DNA of 64,000 nucleotides from a virus. Lineage: Duplodnaviria; Caudoviricetes. Both the position numbers and the translations under genes were made by a program. Positions within the stretch are counted from its first letter, which is position 1; every line of letters starts with the position of its first letter. Where the stretch lies: IMG/VR virus record IMGVR_UViG_2595698868_000001, positions 64,001 through 128,000 of that record; one strand, written 5' to 3'. This document shows, piece by piece, positions 18,401-28,300 of the stretch. The notes below the pieces were generated by a model, which saw only the letters and a program-made list of their open reading frames with translations, did not search any database and had not been told where the DNA came from.

Positions 18401-18930
18401 CCCAAGTTTCGGCGCACGGCAACATCGCCGCCGACCTGATCAACATGGGCCTGAACGCTTTCACCGGCAACTTCGGCGCCGGCGGAGGCTGGAGCGTGGG
18501 TCAGACGTTCGGCAACATGGGCGCCTCGATGTCCAACGGCCTCGGCAACATGGGTGCGGGCTTCTCGCGCATGTTCGGCGGCGGGTTCTCGGAAGGCGGC
18601 TACACCGATAAGCCGGTCCACAAGATGGCCCTGGGCGGGTTCTCGTTCGCGAACGCTCCCCATTACTCGGAAGGCACGCCGAACACCTCGGGCGGCATGC
18701 CCGCGATCCTGCACCCGAACGAAGCGGTCATCCCGCTGTCGCGCGGGCGCTCGATCCCGGTCGAACTGCCGCAGGATCACGCCGGCCCCGGCATGACGAA
18801 CAACATCACCTCGCGCATCACGGTCGTAGCTCCGAATCCGGACGCGTTCCGCAAGTCGTCCGGCGCGATCACCCGTCAGCAGAATCGCGATCTGAAGCGC
18901 GCGGCCCTGCGCAATCTGAGCAACCGGTAA
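12463..18930 (+). CDS. tape measure protein with lytic transglycosylase-like domain
   Basis: 2155 aa, Ala/Gly rich; tape-measure domain (GKVSAEEFNRQIGE); AIAYRESGFNP...SSARGLFQF SLT motif; C-terminal PAILHPNEAVIPL. Confidence 0.92.
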   Translation: MDTQPLKLKVDSGQAQADLAALARSLDSAGVAALKTAKNFETGMAGVSKAINGSLGSMEKFAKVAGLLSKIKMDGSGVSAIGEFAKALNQVARVREIEQSKLNSYRKFIEVGAQVSKLRFDGQATNSILKFSQALDAASKARAITPAKMQSWVKFIEIAARASQLRFSGNATSSIKQFAEAMDSIAKVRAITPARVQSIKSLFEVLGSAKGLGNAGKLAGDLNKIAEAAGRASTALNSMPSKVRAVSPGFQAATKNAESLHKEIAKTPGHAGRASKGLGGLIGRLGDLGERFKLSYQAGTAFSAFFSAFTFGQFLKSTYDTNIALAKLQKALLFSTGTFKGAHEAMDRFVGTSLELGLNIEKTAEAYGRFTLSAKASGIGITDSEKIFKSVAGTLQVVGANSEQTELAFYGLTQMIQKGKVSAEEFNRQIGEQIPGNAVIGARALSKLEGRVVSVAEFFKRMSLGQIMSTKFVPAYAEALQEEFGDLLKVAQRRPDVALNKLTSAFTIFKKSVGEAGFMASLGREFGRLTDKIIVTKDGQTSLTPAAQRLADTLGKNLASMVRLLGKGLEFLVENLDSVVAAIKGLAALKIGATFMDWTKKANGFAGSLIPVKNNVAEVAKTEAAIAGAGANAATAAAATQGSTMGGPTLFASKGSKTQTYDNLRKQGYSHEDATFYGSLPTRDNEKFTAQSGTLMGNPGQRTQRQFGRRVQTYNNTTNGLSGNAVAFGMRNNAAAAAATQTATKGAGAMAAAAKGATMAFTGLRGILNALPGIAVAAGIALAVFSDKITGVKTAAGNDVQVGDIASGALGAAGKDIGKWFNDAAVGIGALFGVSKEKAGGKSLGEWLAWIAASLITLGKVLFSLADSLGKVIGTTLASIIGDVITFARVTGRVFKGDFAGAKQIGSDWQKQKETNAQNTANDIVAGTRNAFNVQGVYNDIMSGAKAAADNRNAQAQTDAAVQAENADIERQMAARQQAFKDQEAAAELEALRNRANLGNLSAPSWDSVFQKFADAGKTTAEAAKTSADAASTTAAAATVAANGVTTAAKGTAPTPKNQNVAGAITDAARVTGVSEEVLKAIAYRESGFNPTAAAKTSSARGLFQFTYDTARQYGLTKAKSVAEYKANPGDAFNAQASSLAAGRYAQANAAEIKKAFGRDATGGEIYASHFMGSGGVVDLIKAVQKTPNASFEKLFPAAAKANGFTQGKTVSQVYKNLTDTVGGSAGTSAAINPRAALDGITEVEGETLTAKYENLNKQLAAITSQVDPAADAIGGMQEILVRLSKLGDANAKLVEQGVASQFTPEVQASLQRLKDKLTRDITDAVNPFIKDERTATQANEITKLRLKGMQDEAEFKEKLNGLYEQGYDISKLDTQENRNRMKATRQQTDALAAQLEVVNALNDAQQKRIERTGSAADIAFARGVKLRDGQSLNDAISQMSPEELAARRKAANIAVQTQRDDALYNAQGQIQEMVATAGLKGRGKSLRDDYKSFLEDISGLTDTSLSRLEQRAGPELATLAKKAAEIKDTLENPPGFQRWADGLTPLKERLEEIKAGFADDLSSAITDALSGEDVDWRELVHNASKQMLKAQVDNQLGGLINMFTGGPQAQAQQVAGGFPGMQGASGMQPQQQPNIFQRLFGTRPANGQVNTGVGAGVGGAQGNAGPSTGGGFFGGLFRGLFGGGTPPASSLAQAPGQNTGFSSSMPSIYDFNGSPSVAQAGWANGTDLQVAGPTVDTSSGLGQALSFFGLSNAGIKSETAMSGASAFGGNTAVTTGIGSINGPTGAADAMNSANISVSNAQVSAQNMTVQAQTVNLSGNVAGGGGAGGAPGVGPAGAASATGGLGGGAGAGGGGANPFSSVFGGGADLSNLNTNTVSVNDAMLTPYMVDQTGGPGFVPAGMGMPDLSGMTPAGGGGITGWLSNTFGNMGQMGQQVGQQVMALAPFLLANLTRRKDKNKEPKKNINGVIGEARPVEVSGTQVSAHGNIAADLINMGLNAFTGNFGAGGGWSVGQTFGNMGASMSNGLGNMGAGFSRMFGGGFSEGGYTDKPVHKMALGGFSFANAPHYSEGTPNTSGGMPAILHPNEAVIPLSRGRSIPVELPQDHAGPGMTNNITSRITVVAPNPDAFRKSSGAITRQQNRDLKRAALRNLSNR

Positions 18931-19064
18931 CAGCCAACAAGGCTGTCACCGGCGTGCCAGGAATCTTGACGCTCCAGGCGTTTCGTGACACTCAGATAGT
19001 CCCCCGTTAACCACGTCGGCGAAAGCCGGCGCGCCCCTTCACGCACAACGAGTTAACCCCCAGC

Positions 19065-19712
19065 ATGCCCGCTTTCCACGAGGTTCTGTTCCCTACGGAC
19101 ATCTCCTATGGCAGCCAGGGCGGTCCGAAGTTCAAGACGACCGTCTTCATGGCAGACTCCGGCTATGAGCAGCGCAATATCGACTGGCGGTCGACGCGCG
19201 CCGAGTATGATGTCAGCCACGGCATCAAGCGTCTGGATCAGATGCACGAACTGACGGCGTTCTTCTACGCCCGCATGGGCCGCGCCTATGGCTTCCGGTT
19301 CAAGGATTTCAACGACTATCATCTCCAGGCTGAAACGATCGCGATCGGGGATGGAACGAAGAAGGCGTTCCAGATCGTCAAGACCTATACGAGCTTCCAG
19401 TCGGAATCCGGCGAGACCTACAGCCACACCCGCAACATCACCAAGATCGCCTGGGGGACGCTGACCCAGGTCACTGTCGGCCTCGCGGCGCAAACGCCGG
19501 ACGTCGACTATTCGGTCGACGAGAACACGGGCGTCATCACGTTCGTCGATCCTCCACCCGAAGGCGCGCCGATCAAGATCGGTTACTGCGAATTCCACGT
19601 GCCGGTCCGTTTCGATACCGACCATCTCGATTCCGTCCACGACTTCTGGAACACGCAATCATGGTCCTCGATCCCGCTGGTCGAGGTTCGTGATTGGGGG
19701 AACCTGTTCTAA
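19065..19712 (+). CDS. distal tail protein (DUF2460/GTA-like)
   Basis: FHEVLFP...GGP.F.T...SG.EQRN..W, GFRFKD and EFHVPVRFDTD. Confidence 0.85.
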   Translation: MPAFHEVLFPTDISYGSQGGPKFKTTVFMADSGYEQRNIDWRSTRAEYDVSHGIKRLDQMHELTAFFYARMGRAYGFRFKDFNDYHLQAETIAIGDGTKKAFQIVKTYTSFQSESGETYSHTRNITKIAWGTLTQVTVGLAAQTPDVDYSVDENTGVITFVDPPPEGAPIKIGYCEFHVPVRFDTDHLDSVHDFWNTQSWSSIPLVEVRDWGNLF

Positions 19713-21340
19713 TGAAGAACCTGACCCCGGCCCTTCAACAGCATCTGCAAAGCGGCGTCACGACGATCTGCACCTGCATGGAGATCATCCGGCGCGACCA
19801 GAAGTCCTACCATTTCACCGACAACGATCAGGTCGTGCGTGTCGCCAACGTCGATTACGTGCCGTACGCCTCGTTCGCTCGAACCTCGATCTCCACTTCT
19901 CTCGATCTCGAAGTCGACGGCATGGAGATCAAGGGCATTTTGAATTCGAACTACATCTCCCGTGACGATGTCGCCGGCGGCGTGTTCGACTTCGCTGAGG
20001 TGCGTGTCTTCGTCGTCAACTACATGGACCCGGATGGCGGGCAGGCCGTGCTGCGTGTTGGCTGGCTCGGCGAAGTGACCATGAACGAGGACGGCACGTT
20101 CAACGCCGAGCTTCGCGGTCTTAGCCAAGTCTACGCTTACCGAATCGGCGAGGCCTACGCGCCCGAGTGCCGCGCGGACCTGGGCGATCGCCGCTGCAAG
20201 CTCGCCCTGGCGCCGCCGCGCTGGCTGCCGAACTACGCTTACAAGCGCGGCGACACCGTGCTGGGGGCGATCAATCCGGCGAACGCTTACGTCAACCTGT
20301 CGCTGGTCAATCCGTCGTTCGACGATGAAGCGGCGGTTACCCTGACCCGCAATGTCGAGGGCTGGACGACCTATGGTGACGCCAAGGGGCGTTGGACGAT
20401 CCGTCAGGACCCCTGGTACAACACCAAGGCCCAGGACAGCTACGCCATTTACAACACCGACAACGGCGACCGCGATACGTCGGACCTGGGGCTCTATCAG
20501 GACGTCAATATCGTCGAGCAAGGCGTTGACGCCTACGAGATCGATACGGGCCTCTGCCGGCTCTATGCGACGTTCAAGACGGCGTGCGTCAACGGGCGCG
20601 AGGCCGGCACGCGCGTACGCATCTACTGCTACGACGAAAACCACAACCCGATCGGACCGACGACGCTCTATGACACGGGCCTTCAGAAGACCGCTGAAGA
20701 TCGTTGGTTCACTCAGATTTGCGACAACGTCCTGATTCCGCCGGGCACCCGCATCCTGCGCTTCGATCTCTTCGCCCACAAGCGCGCGCGCTACGAGGAA
20801 GGCGCCGGCTTCGACACGGTTACGGCCGCGATCAATACGCCTGATGGCGACTTCGCGGGTTCGGATCAGTTCGGTGACGTGGCCTTCATGGCGATGAATC
20901 CGGGCCATACTGGCGATACCGAGCCGGCTTGGAGCAATCTGATCGGCAGTGAAGTCATCGACAACGAGATCACCTGGAAGGCGATCAAGCTGTGGCGCGT
21001 CACCACCTATGTCGACGGCGTCGTTTCTCCGAACAAGCTGCGTCCGACCTACGTGTTCGACGCGGACGGCTACTATGATGGCGGCTTGATCCGCTGGGAG
21101 ACCGGGAAGAACGCCGGCCGCGCCCAGGAGATCAAGTTCTGGAAGGACGGCGTCCTGACGCTGTTCCAGCGCCCCTATCACGTGCCTCAGGAAGGGGACC
21201 GGTTCGTCCTGCATCCCGGCTGCGACAAGCGCCGCGCGACCTGCAAGACGAAGTTCGGCAACATCCTGAACTTCCGAGGCGAGCCCGATGTGCCGGGCCA
21301 GGACTCCTACTACAGCGGACCGGACGCTCCGACCTCGTAA
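19712..21340 (+). CDS. baseplate hub protein (DUF2163/GTA-like) with inserted domain
   Basis: FTDND N-terminus, CRADLGDRRC, C-terminal GCDKRRATCKTKFGNILNFRGEP. Confidence 0.85.
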   Translation: MKNLTPALQQHLQSGVTTICTCMEIIRRDQKSYHFTDNDQVVRVANVDYVPYASFARTSISTSLDLEVDGMEIKGILNSNYISRDDVAGGVFDFAEVRVFVVNYMDPDGGQAVLRVGWLGEVTMNEDGTFNAELRGLSQVYAYRIGEAYAPECRADLGDRRCKLALAPPRWLPNYAYKRGDTVLGAINPANAYVNLSLVNPSFDDEAAVTLTRNVEGWTTYGDAKGRWTIRQDPWYNTKAQDSYAIYNTDNGDRDTSDLGLYQDVNIVEQGVDAYEIDTGLCRLYATFKTACVNGREAGTRVRIYCYDENHNPIGPTTLYDTGLQKTAEDRWFTQICDNVLIPPGTRILRFDLFAHKRARYEEGAGFDTVTAAINTPDGDFAGSDQFGDVAFMAMNPGHTGDTEPAWSNLIGSEVIDNEITWKAIKLWRVTTYVDGVVSPNKLRPTYVFDADGYYDGGLIRWETGKNAGRAQEIKFWKDGVLTLFQRPYHVPQEGDRFVLHPGCDKRRATCKTKFGNILNFRGEPDVPGQDSYYSGPDAPTS

Positions 21341-21762
21341 TGCTGCGCTCTGAAATCGTCTTCGAAGCTCGACGCTACCTTGAACGCCCCACGCGCTGGA
21401 CGCACATGGGGCGCACGATCACCGGTGTCGATTGCATCGGGTTGGTCTGCGGCGTTGCTGATCGTTTCCAGATTCAGTACGACGACATCAGCGGCTATTC
21501 GCGCAACCCGGATGGCCGTTTCGTTGACCACGTCAAGAAGTTCATGGTCTTGCGCGAGCCGCAGACCGTGGCGCCCGGCTGCGCGGTGATCTTCCGCGAC
21601 AATTACCAGCCTTGCCACATCGGGATCATCTCCGAGAAGTACGGTCGGCACTATCTCATCCACTCCTCTTTGGCGAAGCGCTGTGTCGTCGAGGAGGAAT
21701 ACGACCAATTCTGGCAAAAGCGCTTCCGCTGCGCTCTCGATTTCCCTGGCGTGGAGGACTAA
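21340..21762 (+). CDS. NlpC/P60 tail-associated peptidase
   Basis: GVDCIGLV and HIGII catalytic motifs. Confidence 0.88.
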   Translation: MLRSEIVFEARRYLERPTRWTHMGRTITGVDCIGLVCGVADRFQIQYDDISGYSRNPDGRFVDHVKKFMVLREPQTVAPGCAVIFRDNYQPCHIGIISEKYGRHYLIHSSLAKRCVVEEEYDQFWQKRFRCALDFPGVED

Positions 21763-24700
21763 ATGGCCGATCCCGTTTCGTTCGTCGTCGCTCGGGTCGC
21801 GCAGGTCGGCGTCAGCTATCTCTTCCCCTCGGAAGGCCCTCGTCTCAAGGACTTGAAGGTCACGGCGTCGACCTATGGCGCGGCGATCCCCTGGGTCTTT
21901 GGCCTGACGCGCGTGCCCGGCAATATGATCTGGGCTAAGCCGATTCGGGAAAAGAAGAAGAAGAAGATGGCCGGCAAGGGTGGTTTCTACAACCAGTACA
22001 CCTACTACGGCACCTTCGCGATGGGTCTCTGCATGGGACCGGTCAAGTCGATCCTGCGTATCTGGGCCGACGGCAAGTTGATCTACGACTTGACCAACGG
22101 CTTCGACCGTAAGGACCAGGACGACATGACGATCAAGCAGACCCTCCAGTCTGCGATCAACAACCCCCAAACCGTCTCGCCCAAGTACCGAATCCGCATG
22201 TACATGGGGGATGAGGAGCAACTGCCTGACTCCGCCATGGAGCAATACTTGGGCGCTGGCAACGCGCCGGCGTTCCGGGGCATGTGCTACCTCATGTTCG
22301 ACGATGTCCCTCTGGCTGACTTCGGGAACCGCTTCCCGCAAATCACCGCTGAGGTGTTCGTCGGCTCCACCGAGAATAACGCCCAGGTCATTCCGCTGAC
22401 CCTGTTCGACGGCACCACGCCGATCGACACCGACTATGCGCCGGGCGAAGCCATCTTCGATTGGGAGCGTAGTTTCGCCTACCTGCGCTACGACGACACG
22501 ATGGCGCAGATCAACCTGCGCACCTCCAAGCAGAACCAGCTTTTCACCAACGAGAACTTCCGTTTCCCTGATGGCGGTGGTCTCGATAAGCTGCTTTGCG
22601 CCGGCCGCGACAGTTCACTCTACGTCAATTTCGACTCGGCGACTGGCGGAACGGGCCGGTTCGCGCGTCTTGATCCCTACTCGCTGCAATGCCTCGCGGT
22701 GAAGGACTACCCGTCCGAAGTCGTGGCCGCAACGACGGCCTACGACAACCAATCGATCGAGCACGTACTGACCGTCTCGGCCGATGGGACGACGAAGTGC
22801 TTGAAGAAGGCGGACCTGAGTGAAGAATGGTCGCTGACCCTGCCGGGCAGCATCTTCAAGGTGTGCGCTCGGGACGCGGACGCAACGGGCAAGCCGACCT
22901 TCTTCGTTTTTCATGGTGACGGCGGAACCAATCTCTATCTGGCGCGCGTCCGGGACGGCGCCTACGAGGACGTGTGGGCTGGCTGGGCGCCCGACACGAC
23001 GATGCCCAGCGCCATTCTCTGGGACAGCGCCGTTCCAGGCGTGATCATGTTCTGGCATGATGGCGCCGCGCCCAATTCGAGTGTCGCGAAGTGGTCGGAG
23101 GACTCCAACTCGGAGGTCTGGCACCACAGCATCGTCGGCTACCCTGACGTCTTTGACGGTCAGTCGCGTTTGCTCAATCAGGTTCTTGCGTGGCAGGTTG
23201 ACGGTCGCCTGTTCGTGATCGACACGAATACCGGCTACTATCGCGACGACATCGTCGATCCGGGCACTGGCGAAGTCAACGGCGACGTAGGTGAGATCGA
23301 CTGGCAGGACTACCTGGATCGGTATCCGGACGTCAACGCCGCCTATTACGCCGGCGGTTACGAGGTCGCGGCCTCGCCGACGGACTTCGCGCAATGGCAC
23401 TATCAGCACTACGGCGAGGATGAAGGTCGTACGGTCACCTATATCGGTGACAATCAAGGCCAAGGCTTTGCGCTTCCGCCGGAATACGCCGGCATTTCCA
23501 GCAAGCTGCAAGGCTACGATGGCTTGCGTGCCGCTCTGGTCTGCCTGGACGGTATCGAAGGCTCTGCCGGCATCACCACGACGGGCGTGGGTGTGAGCGT
23601 CGGCACGGTCATCCAGCGTATGTTGACTGAAGGCGGGCTGACGCCTGCGCAGATGGCGCTCGATCCTCTCTACAAGATCGGCCTGCGCGGGTACGGCTGG
23701 GCCTCGGGCACGGACATCAAGTCGATCGTGGAGGAGTTGAAGCGCCTCTATCTGTTCGATCTTGTCGAGAGTGAGGGCATCATCGTTGCGATCATGCGCG
23801 GCAATCCCGACAACGGCTTGGGCGAGCCCGACATCACGATCCCGCAGAACGTCCTGGGCTCTTCGAGCCCCGAGGCTATGGACTTCTGGCAGGAGACGCG
23901 TGCCCAGGAAGCCGACCTGCCGTTCAACGTCACTCTGGCCTACATGAATTGGGAACAGGACTATGAGACGGGCACGGCCCGCTCGCAACGGATCAGCAAT
24001 CCGTTCCCGACCATGTTCTCGCGCCAACAACTGGCGCTAGAGATGAACGTCGTGATGACGCCGACCGAAGCCAAGGTCCAGGCCAACAAGATTCTGTACG
24101 CCCAATGGTATGAACGCACGCAGCACGTGTCCCGTCTGCCTTGGGCGTATCTCGCCATTGACCCAGCGGACATCATTCAGGTTCACATGAATGATGGGCG
24201 TTCCTATATCGACCGGCTGCACCGAACCGAACTTGGCGCCGACTTCTCGATCGCGACCGAAAGCTACAGCCAGGACAGTGGCGCGTACGCCGAGTGGGAG
24301 GACTTCATCAATGGCGACGGCGGCGCGGGGACGGGCACGTCGATCGTCGACGATGCGCCGCAAGTCTCGTTGCCCTTTATCCTGAATACGCCCCTACTGC
24401 GTGACCAGGACGACACGGGCGGGTCCTTCTCGACCTACTACGTCGGTCTGGGCAACGGTTCGCCCGGTGTGTGGAAGGGCGCCTCGCTCTACCGCTCGAC
24501 CAACAATCTCGACTACGATCTGATTGACTCCGGGGCCAGCGATGTCGAATGGGGGACCGTGATTGGCAAGCTGCCGCCGCCGCCGGCCAGCGCCTTCGCG
24601 GTGGACTGGAAGACCAAGCTGACCATCCTGCCGGCGGTTAGCTGGTTCGACGTCGACTCGATCACGGACGATGATCTCTGGCTGGGCGCAAACGCCTGCA

Positions 24701-25359
24701 TGGTCGGCGACGAAGTGATCCAGTTCCGAGACGTCGTGGAAAATGAGGATGGGACCTGGACGCTGTCGACGCTTCTGCGCGGCCGGCGCGGGACCGAATA
24801 CGCCTGCGACAATCACGTAGCCGGTGAACGTTTCATCTTCCTCGACTCCAACACGATCGTCGAGCAAGGGGACCTGATCAATTCGCGTGGACAGGCTCGA
24901 TTCTTCAAGGGCGTCGGTAACGGCAAGTCGCTGCAAGACGCCACGACGATTCAGATCGCCTACGAACCTCGCGACCTGATGCCCTATGCGCCCAAGGATA
25001 TTCGACGGGAGTTCTCCACGGCCGGCATTGAAGTTTCATGGTCGCGACGCACCCGGTTTGGCGGGAACATGGTGGATGGCACGGGCGAAGTGCCCCTGGT
25101 TGAGAAGTCGGAGCGCTATGAGGCGTATGTGCTTTCGGGGCCGTTTGAGGGCGACCTGTCGCGTGGCGTGGCACCGACCAATTACCTCCACAAGTACGAG
25201 GTGACCGAGCCGCGCTTCACTTACAACCTCTTGTCTCAAGGGCTGGACAGTTTCAACCCCACGACGGACACCCTGTACGTTGTGATCTATCAGTTGTCGG
25301 ATGCCGTGGGTCGCGGCTTCCCCGGCGTTCGCGCCATCCCCCCGTACACCGAGTTCTAG
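21763..25359 (+). CDS. central tail/host-specificity protein (GTA megatron-like), copy 1
   Basis: STYGAAIPWVFG, RIWADGKL, PAFRG, FGNRFPQ and LLRGRRGTE motifs. Confidence 0.85.
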   Translation: MADPVSFVVARVAQVGVSYLFPSEGPRLKDLKVTASTYGAAIPWVFGLTRVPGNMIWAKPIREKKKKKMAGKGGFYNQYTYYGTFAMGLCMGPVKSILRIWADGKLIYDLTNGFDRKDQDDMTIKQTLQSAINNPQTVSPKYRIRMYMGDEEQLPDSAMEQYLGAGNAPAFRGMCYLMFDDVPLADFGNRFPQITAEVFVGSTENNAQVIPLTLFDGTTPIDTDYAPGEAIFDWERSFAYLRYDDTMAQINLRTSKQNQLFTNENFRFPDGGGLDKLLCAGRDSSLYVNFDSATGGTGRFARLDPYSLQCLAVKDYPSEVVAATTAYDNQSIEHVLTVSADGTTKCLKKADLSEEWSLTLPGSIFKVCARDADATGKPTFFVFHGDGGTNLYLARVRDGAYEDVWAGWAPDTTMPSAILWDSAVPGVIMFWHDGAAPNSSVAKWSEDSNSEVWHHSIVGYPDVFDGQSRLLNQVLAWQVDGRLFVIDTNTGYYRDDIVDPGTGEVNGDVGEIDWQDYLDRYPDVNAAYYAGGYEVAASPTDFAQWHYQHYGEDEGRTVTYIGDNQGQGFALPPEYAGISSKLQGYDGLRAALVCLDGIEGSAGITTTGVGVSVGTVIQRMLTEGGLTPAQMALDPLYKIGLRGYGWASGTDIKSIVEELKRLYLFDLVESEGIIVAIMRGNPDNGLGEPDITIPQNVLGSSSPEAMDFWQETRAQEADLPFNVTLAYMNWEQDYETGTARSQRISNPFPTMFSRQQLALEMNVVMTPTEAKVQANKILYAQWYERTQHVSRLPWAYLAIDPADIIQVHMNDGRSYIDRLHRTELGADFSIATESYSQDSGAYAEWEDFINGDGGAGTGTSIVDDAPQVSLPFILNTPLLRDQDDTGGSFSTYYVGLGNGSPGVWKGASLYRSTNNLDYDLIDSGASDVEWGTVIGKLPPPPASAFAVDWKTKLTILPAVSWFDVDSITDDDLWLGANACMVGDEVIQFRDVVENEDGTWTLSTLLRGRRGTEYACDNHVAGERFIFLDSNTIVEQGDLINSRGQARFFKGVGNGKSLQDATTIQIAYEPRDLMPYAPKDIRREFSTAGIEVSWSRRTRFGGNMVDGTGEVPLVEKSERYEAYVLSGPFEGDLSRGVAPTNYLHKYEVTEPRFTYNLLSQGLDSFNPTTDTLYVVIYQLSDAVGRGFPGVRAIPPYTEF

Positions 25360-25360
25360 A

Positions 25361-28300
25361 ATGGCCGATCCTATTTCGTTTGCCGTCGGCACGGTCGCCA
25401 CCATGGGGGTGAGCTACCTGTTCCCGTCCGAAGGTCCGCGCATCAAGGACTTGAAGATCAGCGCCTCGACGTACGGAGCCCAGATTCCGAATGTCTTCGG
25501 GGTCACGCGCGTGCCCGGCAACATGATCTGGTCGAACAAGATTCGTGAAAAGAAGCGCAAGAAGATGGTTGGGAAGGGCGGCTTCTACAACCAATATCAA
25601 TATTTCTGCACGTTCGCGATGGGCTTTTGCTACGGGCCGATCACGATGCTTCGCAAGCTCTGGGCTGACGGCAAGCTCATCTTTGATGCGAGCGGAGAGT
25701 CTGAGCTTGAGACTAAGCATAACTATAAGCTGAACATCTACACGGGCAGCGAAGAGCAGTACCCCGATCCGATCATGGAGTCGATCGTCGGTGAGGGTAA
25801 CACGCCGGCATATCGCGGCCTGTGCTATGTCGTGTTCGACGACATGCCACTCGACGATTTTGGTAATCGTATTCCGCAGTTGACCGCCGAAGTCTTCAAT
25901 GGCGAAGGTGTCATTGTCGCGGACGGTCCTGATATTGTTTTCCAGAATCCGGAACCGGAAGAGAACACTGGCGACAATCGACCGCCTGTAAGCAGCACCT
26001 ATCAGATCAACCAGATCGGCGTCGACACTTTCGGCGGCTATTTCTACCTGATCGACAAGGATCACCCGCTGCCCATTATTCGTCAATTCCGAATTTCGGA
26101 TGGTCAAGAGTGCGGGCGATTCCAGTTTGTAACTCCGCGAACTGATTTCTGCTATGAGTTCAGCTACGACTCCCAGACGATTGATCAGATCGTCGGGGTT
26201 ACCCCTCGGGGCGAACTCTTGTGCTCGATCAGCCTGAACAACAACGTTGCTTACTGCATGATCGACCTGATCACCGGTGATCTAGGCGTACACGGGACCA
26301 CGGACCCTTTTGGCGGACGCAATTGCGGATACGGTACCGGCACGCCGCCGGGCAACGGCTCAAACTATCACGCAATCTCTGTCAGCAGTTCCGGCATGGC
26401 CGAGTTGGGGATCAGCGGCCTCTTCGGAGATGTCTCTATTTACGACTGCACCAGTATTTTGGCGTTTAATGCGAATCCTCAGCAGACGGCAACCACGCAC
26501 TATGGGCGTTCTTCAGTTATTGTGGGCGCGTACGGTGCGTCGACCTGCCATTTCTTCTTGCCGCACGTAGATTCCGAAAACTCGAACGTCATCACGATTA
26601 AGCGCGCTACGCGCAGCTACGACCAAATCGGCGTATCTGATGTGGGATTTATTCAACCCTTTGGACCTCAGGACCCCAATTACGGGTTCGGGCATATCAT
26701 CGTTTTCAACGCGGTCTACGACACCACGGACGGCGGCGTGCTCGTGATGTTCACGGCGCGTAAGGCGGACGGCACGAACGGCGAATACTTTGCAAAGTGG
26801 TCGGGTATCACTGGCCGGCAGCTTTGGGTCAAGGAAGTGCCGATCGAAGCGCCGGGCGTCTATCCGCGCGTCGGCACTGCGCACCAGGGGCAATATGCCT
26901 TCGTGCTGCCCCTGAATTCGCACGTACTGTATCCGACTGTCTGGATCATCGACACGATGACGGGTGATTGGAAGGCGATGTCGGTCTCCGAGCAGCCGTC
27001 CTTCGTGAGCTATACCGATGAAACGGAGAGCGAAGTGATCGTCGATCAGGCAGCCTACACGGGCTACCCGATCAAGGATACGGTGTTCATTGGCTACGAT
27101 ATGCAGTATTACGACCCGGTCCGGCAAGCGGTCATCACGCTCGGCTCCGGAGGTACTGACAAGATCGTCAAGATCGGTCCGGAGATTGGTTCGACGACTC
27201 TCGGCGCGATCGTGCGCAGCGTGCTCAAGCGGGGAGGCCTTACCAACCAGCACATGGACATGTCGCGCCTGGAGTCAACTCATGTCTGGGGGTACGGGTG
27301 GGCCGCCGCGACCGACATCAAGTCGGTCCTGGAAGAACTCCAACGCGTTTACCTCTTCGATATCGTCGAGAGCGAAGGCAAGCTGGTCGGCGTGATGCGG
27401 TCTACGGGTTCCGATGAGGATTTCCCTGGCTCGACGGTCGTGACCATCAAGCAGGGCGCCCTGGGCTCCACTAGCCCCGAACTCGCCGACTTCTGGCAAG
27501 AGACCCGCATCCAGGAAGCGGACCTGCCGGCGAAGATCAACTTCACCTACATGAACCTGGACGCGGACTACCAGCCCGCTACCGCCTACTCCAAGCGGAT
27601 CAGCGACCCGGCTCCGACGATGTTCTCCTCGCAGCAGGTGGCGATCGAGATCAACATCGTCATGAAGCCGTCCGAGGCCAAGACCCAGGCAAACCGTGCG
27701 CTCTACGCCCAATGGGCCGAGCGCACGATGCACAAGACGATCCTACCCTGGGCCTATCTGCGCCTGGACCCGGCGGACCTGATCACCGTCGAGATGGATG
27801 ACGGTCGTTCCTATCGGGAGCGCTTGCATCATACCGAGATCGGCGCCGACTTCTCCATCCAGTCCGAAACCTACGGGCAGGACAGTGGAGCCTATGACAT
27901 CGTCCGTGAAGGCGATGGCGGCGGCGTGCCTTCTCAGCCTATCAAGGCGCCCGGCACGATCACCGGCTTCATCATCAACACGCCCCTCTTGCGGGACCAG
28001 GACGATACCGGCGGGTCCTCCAGCCGCTATTACGCGGCGCTCGGCAACGCGAGCGGTGACGGGTGGCGCGGCGGGGAACTGTGGCGCGCAGAATCGCTTC
28101 CCAACTTCGATCAGATCGATACGCCGATCAACGAGGCTGAATGGGGTCATGTCGCGAGCATCTTGCCGCCGCCGCGTCACGGTCATTTCGCCTTGGATTG
28201 GGAAAACAAGCTCACGATCTGGCCCGGCGTAAAGTGGTTCGAACTCGATTCGATCACCGACGACGAACTGTGGGCCGGCGGAAATGCGGCGCTTGTTGGC

